Positions 62,860-64,000 of a DNA stretch of 64,000 nucleotides are shown piece by piece. Location of the stretch: positions 106,330,001 to 106,394,000 of the forward strand of contig NC_042998.1 of assembly GCF_006345805.1 (NCBI RefSeq), written 5' to 3'. A program made the translations under genes and the position numbers. Numbering within the stretch: position 1 is the first letter of the stretch; every line of letters begins with the position of its first letter. Source of the stretch: Octopus sinensis (taxonomy: Eukaryota). The notes beneath the pieces are model-generated. The model made no database searches, was not told the DNA's origin, and saw only the letters and a list, made by a program, of their open reading frames with translations.

Positions 62860-63990
62860 GAGGAAGTATTTGAAACAAAAACACTACAACAAATTAATAA
62901 TATACTCTCTGTTGTTGTTAATGACTTCCTCCCATCGTTCAATACGTTTTTCAATGCCTTGGCGATAGAAATCTCCCAGTCTTGACTCAAGGAATTTGTC
63001 CAACCAAGCCCTCTATTCTATGTCATTATTGAAAGATACAGCTTTGGTCATATTGGCGATGTGAGGACGGGTGTTGTTGAATTGCAGAAGAATGCCATTT
63101 CACCTATTTGGTCTTTTTTGCTGAATTGCTTCATTGAGTCGGTGCAGTTGTTGAATGTAGAGCTCCACATTGAGTGTTTGGTTGCACTCAAGCAGTTTGT
63201 AATGTAATAAATTATGCCTTCCCAGTCCCACCATATGCACAACATGGTCTTTTGAAGGTGAAGGTCTTGTTTTGCTTGTGGAGTCACTTGTTTGTCGGGG
63301 CTGAGCCATTCTTTTTCCTGCATCATATTGACACAAAGGTACCATTTTCCTTTGCCAGTGACAATGCAGAAAAGAAAATGTTGTTTGTGACCATGTATTC
63401 AGTGATGTTGAGTGAGCAAACTGGCAGCGATTGTGGAGCATTGATTTTTGTTGTTTTCACTCAAAGTGTGTGGCACCCAAGTGCTGAGTTTCCAAACCTT
63501 GCCCAATGAGTGTCATTTTGGCCTGCTGAAAGCAGTTTTGGTACAAACTTGGCAGACATGTGTCTCATACCCAAATCTTCAGTGATAATGGACTGAACTG
63601 AACTATAATCTATATGCCCTCTGATAACTCGTGGATGGTGATTCAACGATTTTCCCCTCACAGTTGCATGCACATTTGCGATGTTTTTCTCACTTCTGTT
63701 GATTGTGGGTCTCTCAGAACATTCGTCATTATCGACATTTTTTCAGCTCATACATTCCTCTCCATACACCTTCTGCAACTTTGTATAGGCTTCTGAGAAG
63801 GTATTGCCAAGCGTTTGGCAAAATTTGATGCTGATTCTCAGCTCAACTTTCTTTGTTGTGGTCAATGCAATAATCATACACCACACACGTTCATTTCAAG
63901 CACTACTGTAAACAGTGGAAGTGAGCTAGAATAGTAAACCTTAGTGCACATGCACAGCAGAATTCAAGGTCAATCTGTGCCAAGCAGCTT
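62860..63990 (-). pseudogene. Decayed mariner transposase sequence, apparently from two subfamilies
   Basis: IITEDLGMRHMSAKFVPKLL (63500-63600) then WVPHTLSENNKNQ...EWLSP...TMLCIWWDWEG; YSPDLAP region deleted. Confidence 0.85.
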
Positions 63991-64000
63991 TGCTCTGCGT

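Overview
AT-rich, repeat-dense animal genomic DNA. The SINE/LINE repertoire and microsatellite load look like a coleoid cephalopod such as Octopus; this is inference from recalled repeat families, not a database hit. No host gene can be identified with confidence: there is only a candidate YY1/CpG promoter near 36.9 kb and a few small exon-like segments. Most listed ORFs are microsatellite or antisense artefacts. The window holds many RTE-clade LINE copies, two of them long and convergent at 1-6.6 kb, whose reverse transcriptase carries an inserted PHD-type zinc finger. It also holds tRNA-derived SINEs, two decayed mariner transposases, a decayed DDD-type (Sola-like) transposase, RLE-type LINE fragments, several MITEs and a near-perfect 1.75-kb tandem duplication. 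The most striking signal is a set of non-coding fold-back elements, mostly embedded in (AT)n tracts. Four of them carry minimal type-I hammerhead ribozyme (HHR) motifs of four different designs, with the inverted-terminus architecture of Penelope-like elements (PLEs). One is a canonical-core HHR with a ~59-nt stem II, one is an intact U3:A8 covariant HHR, and one is fused to a tRNA-derived Pol III head and inserted with a 12-bp target-site duplication (TSD).
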